Shown: piece after piece, positions 38,626 to 50,639 of the stretch
Layout: the number at the start of each line of letters is the position of its first letter
Numbering within the stretch: position 1 is the stretch's first letter
Assembly: GCA_037379345.1 (NCBI GenBank)
Contig: CM074519.1
Span: 19,246,103 to 19,310,102 of the forward strand
DNA length: 64,000 bases
Origin: Perna viridis
Lineage: Eukaryota
Reading direction: 5' to 3'
Made by a program: the position numbers and the translations under genes
Notes under the pieces: generated by a model
Seen by the model: the letters and a program-made list of their open reading frames with translations, nothing else
What the model was told of the DNA's origin: nothing
The model's database searches: none

Positions 38626-39976
38626 CTCAATAATATTCCTCTTGGAATCTGTACTGATGGTTAGTTTCCATGGTGATATCATCCTATGCCCTTCGCTGTC
38701 TTGAAAAATGGCCCATCTATATCCTAAAGCTGACTCGTTAACAGAACAAATGTACATCCCTATAGTAAGAGAAATATGTAATTTTGATTCGTACATAGTG
38801 GCCCGTACATTGATTTCAAAATCTGAACTATAATTTTGCTCGACGATGAATTCCTTCGAGATAGCTCTTGATGCACATACTTGTCCAAAACATGGCTTTA
38901 CGAACGCTTTATACGTTCCTGGTGGAAAGTGACCAATAAAGTCGTCAGATGTAATTTTCCCTACCTTTAAATAGACTTCATCATTTAGGCACTTGTCCTC
39001 CTCTGATCTGCAAATAGCTGTCTCAAAATTTGTCACAACGTTGACAAACCTCGGCACCAAATTCCAATGAATTTGAAGTAACCTTTGAGATACTTGAGTC
39101 CGTTGGAATGGATTAAATTGATACAAATCTATAATTGTATCATTTACATCTTGTCCAAAAGGAATTTTTAAAGTAACATTAATCCTGTATACTTCTTCAA
39201 AAGCAAAGATTGTAACGACCTGAAAACCAGGTATTCTTTGAACGTTTGTGGTATATATATTTGTTTGGTCTACACTAATGTCAAAGTTCGAATACAATGA
39301 GTATGGTTTCCCTATTTCTAAATTCGTTTTAGTTCAAGCTGCGTATACAATGCGCCATGTATTACAGTTGCTTTCATGGAATCTATGCATTCATTACCGA
39401 GAAATACCGACATTGAAGACAAAACATCTATTTCATTGAGTACAACGAAGCCGTCTGAAGAAGCCATTGTTGTACCACCAGAGCAAGAGGCTTTGATTGT
39501 CGCATAATATCGATGGCCATAGGTAAGATTAACGGTTTCACAAATATAATGCATTTCAATTGAAGTCATGTTATGAAATTGCATAACATCGTCAAGCCTA
39601 GTAGAGGTTCCTAGACCTAATTGAAGCTGAACTTTGTCGTTGTGGTCAAACCCTTTCCATGCAACACAACACTCATTGGTATTCAAAATGACGTCTATAT
39701 CATGGTTATTAGGCATATTATTGGCCATAATATCTAAGACCACACCAGCATGAGGTGGAAACAATGACGGGAGATAGAACGGTCGCGTTTTCACACTGCA
39801 GAAATGTCCTGCGTTGTTGTAGAAATGGAGTTGTGCATAGAATTCAGACCCATATTTGGAGTCATATTTCTGTAATGGTCTGACTGGGTACTTGATACAT
39901 TGGACGCTTGAACCACAATTATGATGTTGGTGTATGTTCCATTCCAAGAAAGGTGTGATGACCTTTTTTCCTGTAC
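38626..39976 (-). CDS. Giant FN3/Ig-repeat gene exon with frameshift near 39328
   Basis: Acceptor at 39978. Reads GTGKKVITPFLEW. One extra A in the A4 run joins ORF 39318..39947 to ORF 38569..39297 (LK-TNLEIGKPYSLYS). Donor GTAAGA. Confidence 0.8.
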
Positions 39977-40826
39977 CTGTTCAAAACATTTTTTTAAATA
40001 CATTTTAAAAGATAATCAGAATATAATAACAAAAAGGTAATACATTTTTATATTTATATTTCCAACGAGATAATTGATTATTCATCGAAACATTTTAATT
40101 TCATATATTCACAAAAAAATAATGACAATCAAAGAAAGCATGATAATAGGAAAATAATTCAGGGAAATCAACAGGTTATTAAAAAGAAGATATACATAAC
40201 AGAGAATGTCATATAACCACAACAACACGCACAAGAAAGCAAAAATCAATGACCGAACAGATTCCATTAAGAACAGAGAACATGGACCAGGTGCACTGGT
40301 ACATGAAAGGTAAGGAACTTCTGCTTTTCTGAAATTATCCAATGTGTGGCTCATAAAATGGCATGACGAGGGAAGTGGAAAGAAGGAATCTATGAAACGG
40401 GGAAAATAAGTTTTTCCGTGCCATATGACCATAACCATTTACGAGTTCATTGTGACTACAAAAACTTTTGCTGTGATGAATTTAATGTTGTAGCAATATA
40501 ATCAAGTGAAAGAAAACCGTTTATAAGAAATATCTTGCACTGTAATAAAAGCAAGCTGTGGCATAGCGTTTGAGTTATGATATGAAAACTTCATACATTC
40601 GTCCACCGATTTATTTTGTACCACACTGAAAATATTGTCAGTTAATAGTTTCAGCATTTTGAAACCCTGTTGTGCTGTGTTTTTGAAAATGGTTTTGAAT
40701 CCTACCAAGTATGAAAAGATATTAAGTATAAAGTGTATATGTCTAAGTTTTCCTTTCTTTAGTAACAAAGGTGTTTTAATAAAAAGATTACATTATGTGA
40801 ATGAAACTTAAGTTATCACAAATTAC

Positions 40827-42024
40827 CAAATCTGAATAAAGCCTTTCCTATTTCTTCAATTTGTTCCGGGTCAAATACTTCTGTCTGTGCCCACTTCAAT
40901 ATTACTTTTTGTTTCTTCACTATAGGTTGTATATCTACGGAACACATTGGGGGAGTTTCATCAGCGATTATTGGTCTAAACCATACCTTCCTTTCTAAGC
41001 CTGCCTGGTTTACAACCCGAAGAAAAATGTAAAATATACCCTCACCAAATATATCTGGATGATGTTTCACAAACTGTGACGGATGATGAACTTTGATATA
41101 ACCCAAAATATCAGGGTTCTCGATGGTACTTCGATCTTTTCCAAACCCTACGTAGACATTGCCTATTTGACTTTTATCTTCCGACATATTCCAAGATAGG
41201 TCGATTAAATCAGATGGTATGTATAAAAATTCATTATGGTATATGGTCAGATTGGAGCAGATGTAGTTAGAAATATATTTCTCATCACCGTATGTCCTTC
41301 TTTTGGATGGTAGTATGGTTAGTATGGTGGCATCTGTACTATTGATGCAAACCTGCGAACAAAGACTACTTTTCAAGGCAACTTTAAACAGGTTCTCTGT
41401 TATCAGCCATGGTTTACCATTCAAACATCCAACAGACTCTTTTGTCTTTGCGTGATTTAAAGAGACATTTGAAATTATCGGTAAACTTTTGTCGAGAGTA
41501 ATTCCGTCAGAGCAAACAACTTTTGAAGGTCTCATTGCATTATTGAATGCTATCATTGACACAAAATATTTACCTTCTTTCAAAATTCTAAACATTACTG
41601 CATTTTGAACAATTTCTTTGACAATGGCGGCATTCTGTTCACCAGTTTCGATTTTTTCTAAATTATTAAGACAGCTATTACTTATAGCGACTTTATAGTG
41701 GTTAATTCCACTTTCATGGTCTATAAAATCATGCCAATGTACTGCAATGTTATTGTTGCTGGTATAGTCAATATCCTGAGATCCAATAGAACCTTCAAAG
41801 ACCACACCAACTTCCGGTGGTGAATCATCAACAAGGATATCTATATGATCAAATGCACGCATGTTAGCGTTATTCATGGCTTCTACTGTAAAATAATATC
41901 TTCTGTTATGGTGTCCAAAATGTTTATTTTTAGAGGCAAGTTTCGTTAAGTTAGCAACAAAGAGCATTTTGCTGCAGTTTCCAATCATCGGACAATAGAC
42001 TGACGAGGAATTATCGAGTGTGCC
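40827..42024 (-). CDS. Giant FN3/Ig-repeat gene exon
   Basis: Acceptor TTTTTACAG at 42026. ORF 40816..42036 contains LVDDSPPEVGVV..DIDY..WHDFIDHESGI. Donor GTAATT. Confidence 0.82.
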
Positions 42025-42673
42025 CTGTAAAAACATGTAAAGGAATATCGTGAATTTCTCTTTTCTTCTATTTCATATTACTGATTACTTTTAAGCTAAA
42101 GAAATTAATACTATTTATACTTTTTATACCTTTTGCTGCAACTGAAATATTCCAAATTTTATAAAACTACATCTATTTTTGTTAACATAATGGCAGCATT
42201 ATGGATTAAATCAATTAGAGTAATATATTTCACACAAAAGAATGTTTTGTAATGCTATTAAATGTGAAAACCGAACCAGCCCATGATTTACACTGGCAGT
42301 TGCAAGAAATACAAGAAATTAAATCTTTGGTACTTCAAAGGTTTTGTTGTGCTACTTATTTCTTGGCTCAAACAACGTGGTTATTTATGAACATGTGAGC
42401 TTAGTTATTTTGTGAAAATGATTACTTTTGAAAGGGCGGATAGAACTTTAAATCTTTAAGTCTGATATTGCATTAAAATCGAGAAAGTTAGGCCATTTGG
42501 AGGCATAAAAGCACCACAAGTCTGAGCACATTTTAAGTTTTGTTTTGTTTATTTAAAATAGACAAGGTGTGATGTTAAGATAAAAAGTAGTTTTTATTTT
42601 GTTTCACAGTTACTGTTTATGTGTGCCTTTTTTGCTTTATCAATTTAACATACCTCAAAAAGAAATTACTTAC

Positions 42674-43826
42674 TGTAGTATCTACGCCAATGCTTTCCTC
42701 GATTAGAACTGTCCTATTCTCATAGGTACAAAGTGCCCATTTAATTTCCCGTATTCCACTGTGACTATCAAATGCATTGAACTGAATTGACATCTTTGAC
42801 AAATCGGTGCTATAGTGCACATACAGCTGTTGATGATTTTTCCTTTGAAGCCAAATTTCAGTTATTTCTGGCACTGAACGGTCAATAAATAACGAAATAC
42901 TATCATTCAGAGTGTGATTCATAATGTCCTTTGCTTGAATTTGCATCAAAATCGTATCTCCATCAGTCATTTCTTGCTTCGAACAAAATGCCTCCGACGT
43001 AAAGTTTCTTACGCGTCCAGAAGTTATGAACTTTCCATTTCTTAATAAGGTGTAATAAAAAGCATTCAGCCCGTTAACATTAATTGTTCCCTTTACAGAC
43101 AATATACCCGAGATTTGGTCATAATTTTCTAATATCATCTTGTTTGTGTCCTTTTTGATGGACCAAAATGGATTGTGTTTTACAAAGTGATCATCGTAGA
43201 ATCTACCTTTCCATGAGAAACACAGTTTTTCATGGTTAGTTTGCCACTTATATCCAGTTTTCTTGGAAGCAGAAACCACTTGCAATGGATGAAGTTGATT
43301 GATTTTTATCGCTGAACTATTGTCAAATAAAACAAATCGCCTAGCCTGCATAACGTTGTCAGCTTTGTCTTTTACCTCCAAAAGAATGGCATACAACATT
43401 GGATTTTTATCTGGTAATGAAATGTTAAGGGAGGTGATTGTCGTATTCACATTTAAAGAGGTTCCTGTTGAATGTTGACTCCTCATTAAAGTATCCATTG
43501 TAGAAGGTATTACCTCATATATGCTTATTTCGAAGTTTTCTAAACCGGACGTTTGTGCTTTAGAACCACCAAAAGGTATCGGGTCGATCCATCCTGCCAT
43601 GTCGATAGTTATCTCCCTTGATGTTGTTAATCTAGATGAGAGTTCAAGTGGTTCTTTTGTGCAAATATTTTGTTCATGACAGTGACAAGGAGGTTCATTA
43701 TCGAATAAGTAGCACAGAGTTTTCATTGCTTGTACTTTGTCATAAGAGACATTTCTCTCCGACTGATCTTCAATATTATGCGATACGAGGTATCCTCCAC
43801 CCTTAATTTCGATATCAAAGCATAAG
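42674..43826 (-). CDS. Giant FN3/Ig-repeat gene exon
   Basis: Acceptor TTTTACTGTAG at 43828 (phase 2). Reads LCFDIEIKGGGY...AFDSHSGIREIKW...GVDTT. Donor GTAAGT. Confidence 0.82.
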
Positions 43827-43958
43827 CTACAGTAAAATAAAATGAAATGGTTGTCATTTACAATATTCGAATTCCAAGCCGAAATAACAGTCAAAATAAA
43901 ATCTAAGAATATCAAAATTTTTTTTCGACAAACGAGAAGCGAAAATGTAACAGTTATG

Positions 43959-44940
43959 AAAGAGTAATCAAGAGAACAGACATGGAAAACAGACATACAC
44001 AACACATAACATAAAGTAACTAAAATCATACATACAAAATAACAAAAGCAAATGAGCAACTCGGACTCCATTAAAAACTGGGAGCGTGGACCAGGTGCAC
44101 CGGTAGGGTAAGCGTTCTCTGCTTTTCTAGAAACACCCGCCGAGTTGCTCATAAAAAGTCAAATCCGGAGTAGATAAACGAGGAAAGGAAAACTATGACC
44201 CGTTGAATAAATCAGTTTTCTTGGTGCAGATGGATACCCCATAACGATCCACGAGTTCATGATGACGACCATAAAACTTCTGTAGTGATGACTTCAATCT
44301 TGTAGCAACATAAGCCTGTTCTAGAAACCTATTTGTTAGAGTTCTAGCGCGATACAAAAAGGTCTGCGTAGTTTCGGCAAGCTCTGGCATAACGTATGAG
44401 TTGTGATATGAACACTCCATACGCAGGTGCTGAAGGGATGTTGCCACAGATGGAAGGAAAGTTGACATTTCTGAATGAAAAGTCATCACGTTTGTCGTAA
44501 AGTTTGGTCAGTAGTTTTCCTCTACCATCGATTTCTAAGTGTAGGTCAAGATATGAGGCTGACTTCACAGTGTCTGTTGTATAATTTATGAACGTGTCCG
44601 TTAATTCCTTCGTTTATATTGCAATTGTGTCTGTTATAGAAGTTTTATGGTCGTCATCATGAACTCGTTGATCGCTACGATGTAACCATCTGCGCCATGA
44701 AAACTGTCATGTTTTTCCTTTCCTATCTCGTCTACTTCGATGGGTGTTTCTAGAAAAGCAAAGGGCGCTTATCCTACTGGTGCTTCTTGTCGATGTTCCC
44801 AATTTTTAGTGGAGTCCGAGTTGCTCATTTGCTTTAGTTGCTTTGTATGTATGATTTTAATTATTTTATGTTCTTTGTTGTCTATGTCTGTTTTCCATTT
44901 CTGCTCTTTGTCACTGGATTGCATTCTTTTGGTTGCCGGT
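43959..44940. mobile_element. Penelope-like insertion: 5'-truncated copy (43959-44590, minus) plus inverted 3'-end copy (44635-44940, plus)
   Basis: RT C-terminus SASYLDLHLEIDG...RLKSSLQKFYGRHHELVDRY on minus. The same terminal region restarts on plus at AGAAGTTTTATGGTCGTCATCATGAACTCG. Confidence 0.8.
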
Positions 44941-47076
44941 GTAGTCTTTGCTAATCAATATTACTTGTAATAAAATGGCAAAACGTGTAAAATATGGGTC
45001 TGCCAATGACACATTGTTGAAATGAACACCATAAAATTTGAAGTGTAATATGATATCTAGTGGTATTTTCCGTTGTTATCATGTTAAAAACAAAATTTAT
45101 CATGCTCACAAAAAGAAAGAATTTGACAATGTGGGAACATAGTTTGTAGTCTGTAGAAGATGACTTGACATTTCTTTTGTCGAAGAAGAGTGTTCAGAGG
45201 CAAAACAAGTGAGTTCAAAGAAGGACAAGGGAAATTGAGTTATCTTCTTTTGATAGAAACATTACAAAGCATTTCATATAAATTATACATCGACCTACCG
45301 ATACTTAAAACGGAAATGAAATAGAATTTCAAGGGCAGACTTATATATATTTTTTTACTATTATTCACCAACTGCCTGATATGTGTACTTACAGAGAAAT
45401 TAGCAAGCAATACTAGCTATTCTTATTCAATACATTTACTACGAGTATGGTTTTGTCCAATTAATGCGTTATATTAAACCTAGTAGCCTAAATGTACATG
45501 TTAAATCCTTTAAATAAACCGTGCTATAATTGGGTACCTTGGATCTCTATATAGTTGAGAAAAATGACGGCTACGAATGCGAAAACAATAGTGTAAATTT
45601 TAAGCGTGAAATGTCCATTTTGCAAAGTCATGAAAAGTCATTTAAAATATCGCTGTGAAGATATACCTATCCAAAATTAAGAGAATTGTGTTTTAGGCGT
45701 TTATTATTGTGTCCACTCAAAATAGTTTTTTTAAGCAAATGGTGTTTATATTTGTAGGTTTATTGAGCTTCTTAAATGTTTGAGAATGAAAAGTTGCTTT
45801 GACTTATCATATTGAACGATGAAGTCTACAGTACCTGTCTAATGTGTAATTATTCATTCAAATCTGCCTGCTCTTAGTAGATAATCAACATTGAAAATCC
45901 GAAAGCCTCTATTGTATTTGAGTGTCATTTACAGAGTTACCTCCCTTAATTTTGTGTTCTACAGTGCATTCCATACAATTTTTATCTCCTATGAGCACGA
46001 GTTATACGAAATTAACAAAATATCAAAAACGGCTTTCCAACCGTGAATCACATTTTGCAGGATTATTAAATGGAGTGCTTCTTCAAAATAATTTATTATA
46101 ACTTATTATATTAGATATAATGTATCCATTCCCATTTTTCTTTCTCAGTATAGCTATAGGTTAATTTTGATAAGCTATTTTTATATACTATGCATTTCCT
46201 CTCCGCGGTCAACATCATTCACGGGTTTAACGAATATGGTAAACCCATACCATAAAGAGGAATATATTTAAGTAGCCAGTCTTCATTTGTTTAAAGAACA
46301 CCAGGAAGACGGCTCAGGTCCAAACAAAATTTTATTTCAACCAAGACAGAGACTATTCGTTTTATGCCAGTCATGGTTCGCCCATCTTACTTGTTATTCC
46401 TTTAACTTTTATATTGATATTCTTCTGTTATGTCTCCCTCAAATACAAGTCTCAGCCTACGTTGTTAAAATCGCGGAATTTAGAACATGATTGTATTTAC
46501 ATTACCTTTCTCCGTTATCCAAAGATTCAATTGTTGTTAAATTAACTTTCTGTATAAAACTAGTAATTAGAGATGTTGATGCATGATCACTTTTTATAGG
46601 AACTGACACAACATTCCTTGTTTCGCTTTCAAAAAGAACAATACTGGTAACATAACAACAATGTTAGTGATCAAATAAATAGAAATGTTAATTTGATGTT
46701 TGCGACAAAAAGAACAGCAGTTAGATAGACCAAAAACGTCGACGTCAACAACATGATTTGAACATGAAAACGGGAATCAAAACGATCTAAATACGCAACA
46801 TACCAAAATAGATAAGGATAAGGAAAACAAAACGAAACACAAAAAAACAAAAGCATTAGCAATATGAACATAAACCGGAAGCATAAGGAGTTCTGGAAGG
46901 GTGTGTAGGTCCTACTCCACCAGCGGCACCCGTCATATTGCAACTGAGTACAATTCGGTATTAGTCTAGCAACAATTATACAGCTCCCCGACAAAGGGGT
47001 CCCGTCAAACACATTTTACACTCGGGTGCTATTTCAAAATTTTCATTGAACATAAAAAATTCTTAAATCATTACAG

Positions 47077-47588
47077 GCCCCGTGCAGGTCCGGGTGTTAA
47101 AAGAATAGGCCTGCAGCAGCGCTAAGCTTGTCGTAAAAGGCGACTAAATAGTGCTCAGAACCTTAGCCGGGGGACTAGGGCGCTCTGCCCACAGAGCAAC
47201 TAGGATCTGTGCCCCAGGTGGTGGAATGGGGTATCACTGGCGTGTTACATGCTGGGGTTGTCAGGCTATAATACGGAAAACCTGACCGCAAACCATAGTG
47301 GTGCACCGTCTTTGGAAAGATGCCACGTTCCTCGCACGTTAAAGAACCCTACTGTGGTATTCTCCCGGAGTAGGAACCATAGGGCTCCGCCACAGGAGGC
47401 TAAATTGCACGACCCTACCCACCTCTCCCTATTTCCAGTGGCAATCAAAATTTGTCGACCCCATTGTCCTTGTGTCCCATCCCTTTTTCATTTCATCATC
47501 ATTTCATGTCCATTTTATCATCAATTTCATGTTCATCGTCTGAATAAAGCTGAAATATTGCTGCTCGGACGTTAAACCCCAACAAACA
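47077..47588 (+). mobile_element. SINE-like retroposon with Meta- and Deu-like cores (BivaMD-like), 13-bp TSD
   Basis: TSD TAAATCATTACAG at 47064-47076 and 47589-47601. Contains CTTGTCGTAAAAGGCGACTAA and GCACGTTAAAGAACCC blocks and a 3' end GCTGAAATATTG...CGTTAAACCCCAACAAACA. GC-rich against the flanks. Confidence 0.8.
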
Positions 47589-48175
47589 TAAATCATTACA
47601 GAAATGAAGCGTGTATTTGCAGTACCTTTGATTACAATATGTTAATGAAATATATACATGTATTTCACACAAATGTTTTGTTTTCTTTTTTTTTCTTTGA
47701 ACATACATTCATCAAACTTAAGCGTTGTTATTCTTTAACAAGAGGCTCCAAGGAACCTGCATTGCTACACATCCTCTATAATTACAACTGTTACAATAGA
47801 AGTACTCTAGCTATAGCAGTCCTATTCAAATGCACAGGAATCAATGCATATTTTCACAAACATATTTATTTTTTAAAATACAAAAATTCCAGACATATAT
47901 ATTGTAAATTTCAACATGCTGTACACGTGTTTAAAGATAATTTTTCCTTTCCTCTCTTCCCGTTGACTTAAGATTCTTAATATATTTCAAAAAAAAAATA
48001 TTACAATTTTGTGTTTTTATTCATCGACTTATAAAATTCAAATATCGCTAATTCTATATTTTTGCTTCATTTAGCCTTAAAAATAATCTTATAGCGAAAT
48101 CATCTCGCACGCAATAATTCTTAACCATGATTTCTAGATATCAATTGAAATTTCCTAACATTGTACTAAACTTAC

Positions 48176-50492
48176 CCGTAACCGTATATCTATTTAAATG
48201 AATTGTCACATCAGTAATACCAAATATCTCACGAGAGACATAAGGCGGTCTACTGACATGGGTATCTATGATAATTTCAAAAACTGTAGACAGATCGATC
48301 GAAACATTTTGTACTTGAAGTCGTCCATAAATATCTTTCTGAAGGTTGCATGCGGATGATCCTACGTTGGAGAGGCGCTGTGTTCCTCCGTTTGATATAA
48401 ATCTTACTTGACAACTTTCAATACTTGGTTTATTTGTGTCTGAAATATATAAATGTAGATAAAAACCTTTAACACTGAATCTTACTTGACATTGGTGTGT
48501 AAAAATACTTACCTTCAAATTCAACATATAATTATGTAATGTACATTAATCTGTACATTAAAATAGACAGCAAAATGTCGATGCACATGCTTTTAGGATC
48601 ATAAAAAGTAACATACCACACAAAGCTCAGTATTCGCAAAATGTGTACGAAGATCGTTAAAAGTAAAAAAAGTTCATGATACCTATCTTTTCTACTTGGT
48701 ATCATTATACTGGAAACACTGTTTAATTGTACATATTTTTGATCAACGATTAAACAAGTTAGAAGTGTACTTTTTTTAGAAGAGGAGGTACGTTGACAAA
48801 AAAGTGGTTAATAAGACCAATCGACAGTTTTAATAAGGTTTCTATAAACAAACATCTCCCAATATCTTCATTTTTTTAGAATGTTCAACGCCAATTACAT
48901 CCATCGGTAAATGTCTTAACTTCAATATGAGTTACGTAATCATGACGTTTAACATGAATATGTTTAAATTGCTAGACACTTTCTATTTTTAAACTATAAT
49001 ATATTTTACTAACGCTGACATTGAGCCTGTCCAAAATTTAGGGATGTGTTTTTTCTAGTAAATCCATCCATACACGAACACTGAGACACAAGTCCATTGC
49101 TGCAAATCCCCGGCCAACACCAATTCTCTTTATGGGAACACATCTCTTTTAAACAAAAAACAAATATTTTTTTACAATCATGATTTCTATCATAGACTTG
49201 CTTAAGGAAGGTAAAATATGCATTTACATATGGTTAATTGTATAGCATTTTTGTCCGAGAACTCAGTATGAGATATGTTATAATATGTGAATTCCCTATC
49301 TCCGTTAATGACACAAATGTACGACAAAGTTGAAGAACGTGGGTTTAGAAAACCCAATGCATACCCAATCCCGCTAATCAATTTAGTTTTATTCTAAGGT
49401 AAACTTCTCGATATCTCCTAATTACTAATGCATCGTCTGTAGTTGACCCCAGTTGAACTTGTTCGAGCCTTTTCCCAATACCTTGAGCTTCTAATTCCTT
49501 TTATCGTTAAACCCCAACAAACAAACAAACAAACAAAATTCCTTTTATAATTAATTGTTTGAATTGATATTAAAAAAGTTTATCCGTAGCAGCTCTTTTA
49601 TCTAAACAATTTGTCTTGCTTTTTTTTTCTCCTTTTCACATTTTCTTCGTGTGTGGGGGTATGTGAAAAAGTTATTTATTTTTTTTTCATTACATATTTG
49701 TTGAAATTTTGTCATTGGAAAGATCTTGTACAAAAAATTATTATCAAGAAAATGATGTGAAATTTAGATACAAACTGTAGTTATTAATTATGTACACTTA
49801 AGAACAAATGGGAGGTACTTTCATCCGACAATGATTTTAAGGAGGTAGACCTAGGGTAAGGGACATAACTCTTAAAAATCATTGGAACTTTTGTATTCAG
49901 CATTTTTCATCAGTCTTATGTAAGCATCTTATTAACCTGGATTCATTTTATTCTTCTTCAAATGAAAGCTTGAAAGGCTTTGGTGAAATTGAATATAATA
50001 CAAACATATCACTGATTTCATGAGTTATGTCCTTATCCTAAGTCTACCTCCTTGAAGCGATGATATCAAGAATACCAAACTTCACAGGCTCCATCCACCA
50101 ACTTGTAATAAACTGTCCCATTTCACTTGGTACAGTGATCTTTCTTGTTGAGTGTGCATTTCATCTCAAGACAATTGCGTGACTTTGGACAATCTAAAAC
50201 TTTTATGTATGGCCAATGATAAATCAATGAAACAAACTGGTAAATAAAAGACTCCATGAAACCTAAATTGCAAATCTTGAAATCCAATGGACTCATATTT
50301 GAACATTTAAGACAACATTCATACAAATTATTAACGAACTTTCGTCAAGCAAAAGTAGAAACCGCAAAATATTTTAAGTAAAAAATCAGAACCGTAGGTA
50401 ACAATGTATTTCTCTATTGTTCTGTTTTGGTTTTTTTCAAGTTTAAGAAAGAGATCACATTTAGTATCTTAGATATGCTGTGGTGGTGCTAG

Positions 50493-50544
<52 letters not shown>

Positions 50545-50639
50545 TATATTACCTGTTTCATGGAGATGATGATCATCACCGTTGCTGTTGTACGTACCCC
50601 AATGGAAACACCCCCCCTTTGTAATGTCCACTAATACAC
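48176..50639 (-). CDS. Giant gene N-terminal exons (50639-50553, 50193-50081, 49143-49014, 48439-48176): end of signal peptide, Cys-rich and EGF-like modules
   Basis: VLVDITKGGCFHWG; DCPKSRNCLEMKCTLNKKDHCTK*NGTVYYKLVDGACE; MCSHKENWCWPGICSNGLVSQCSCMDGF...AQCQ (six-Cys EGF-like spacing); TNKPSIESC. Confidence 0.72.
49837..50055. mobile_element. TTAA-flanked Kolobok-like MITE
   Basis: TTAA-GGAGGTAGACCTAGGGTAAGGGACATAACTC ... GAGTTATGTCCTTATCCTAAGTCTACCTCC. Confidence 0.75.
50497..50540. repeat. (CT)n microsatellite
   Basis: About 22 CT units, close to the 50552 splice donor. Confidence 0.95.

Noticed and set aside
40502-40768. Minus-strand ORF with a possible phase-1 acceptor near 40702 as an extra exon of the giant gene
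   Set aside because: It has no repeat motif or convincing donor, and the flanking exons already join to give the conserved FG|TG motif.
47249-47575. 108-aa ORF in a GC-rich island
   Set aside because: It lies wholly within the TSD-flanked SINE and shows no protein motif.
50123-50125. In-frame TGA at a likely Cys position, suggesting selenocysteine
   Set aside because: It lies in a disulfide-type extracellular module, the gene has other clear lesions, and I saw no convincing SECIS in the short AT-rich 3'UTR. A TGY-to-TGA nonsense change is simpler.
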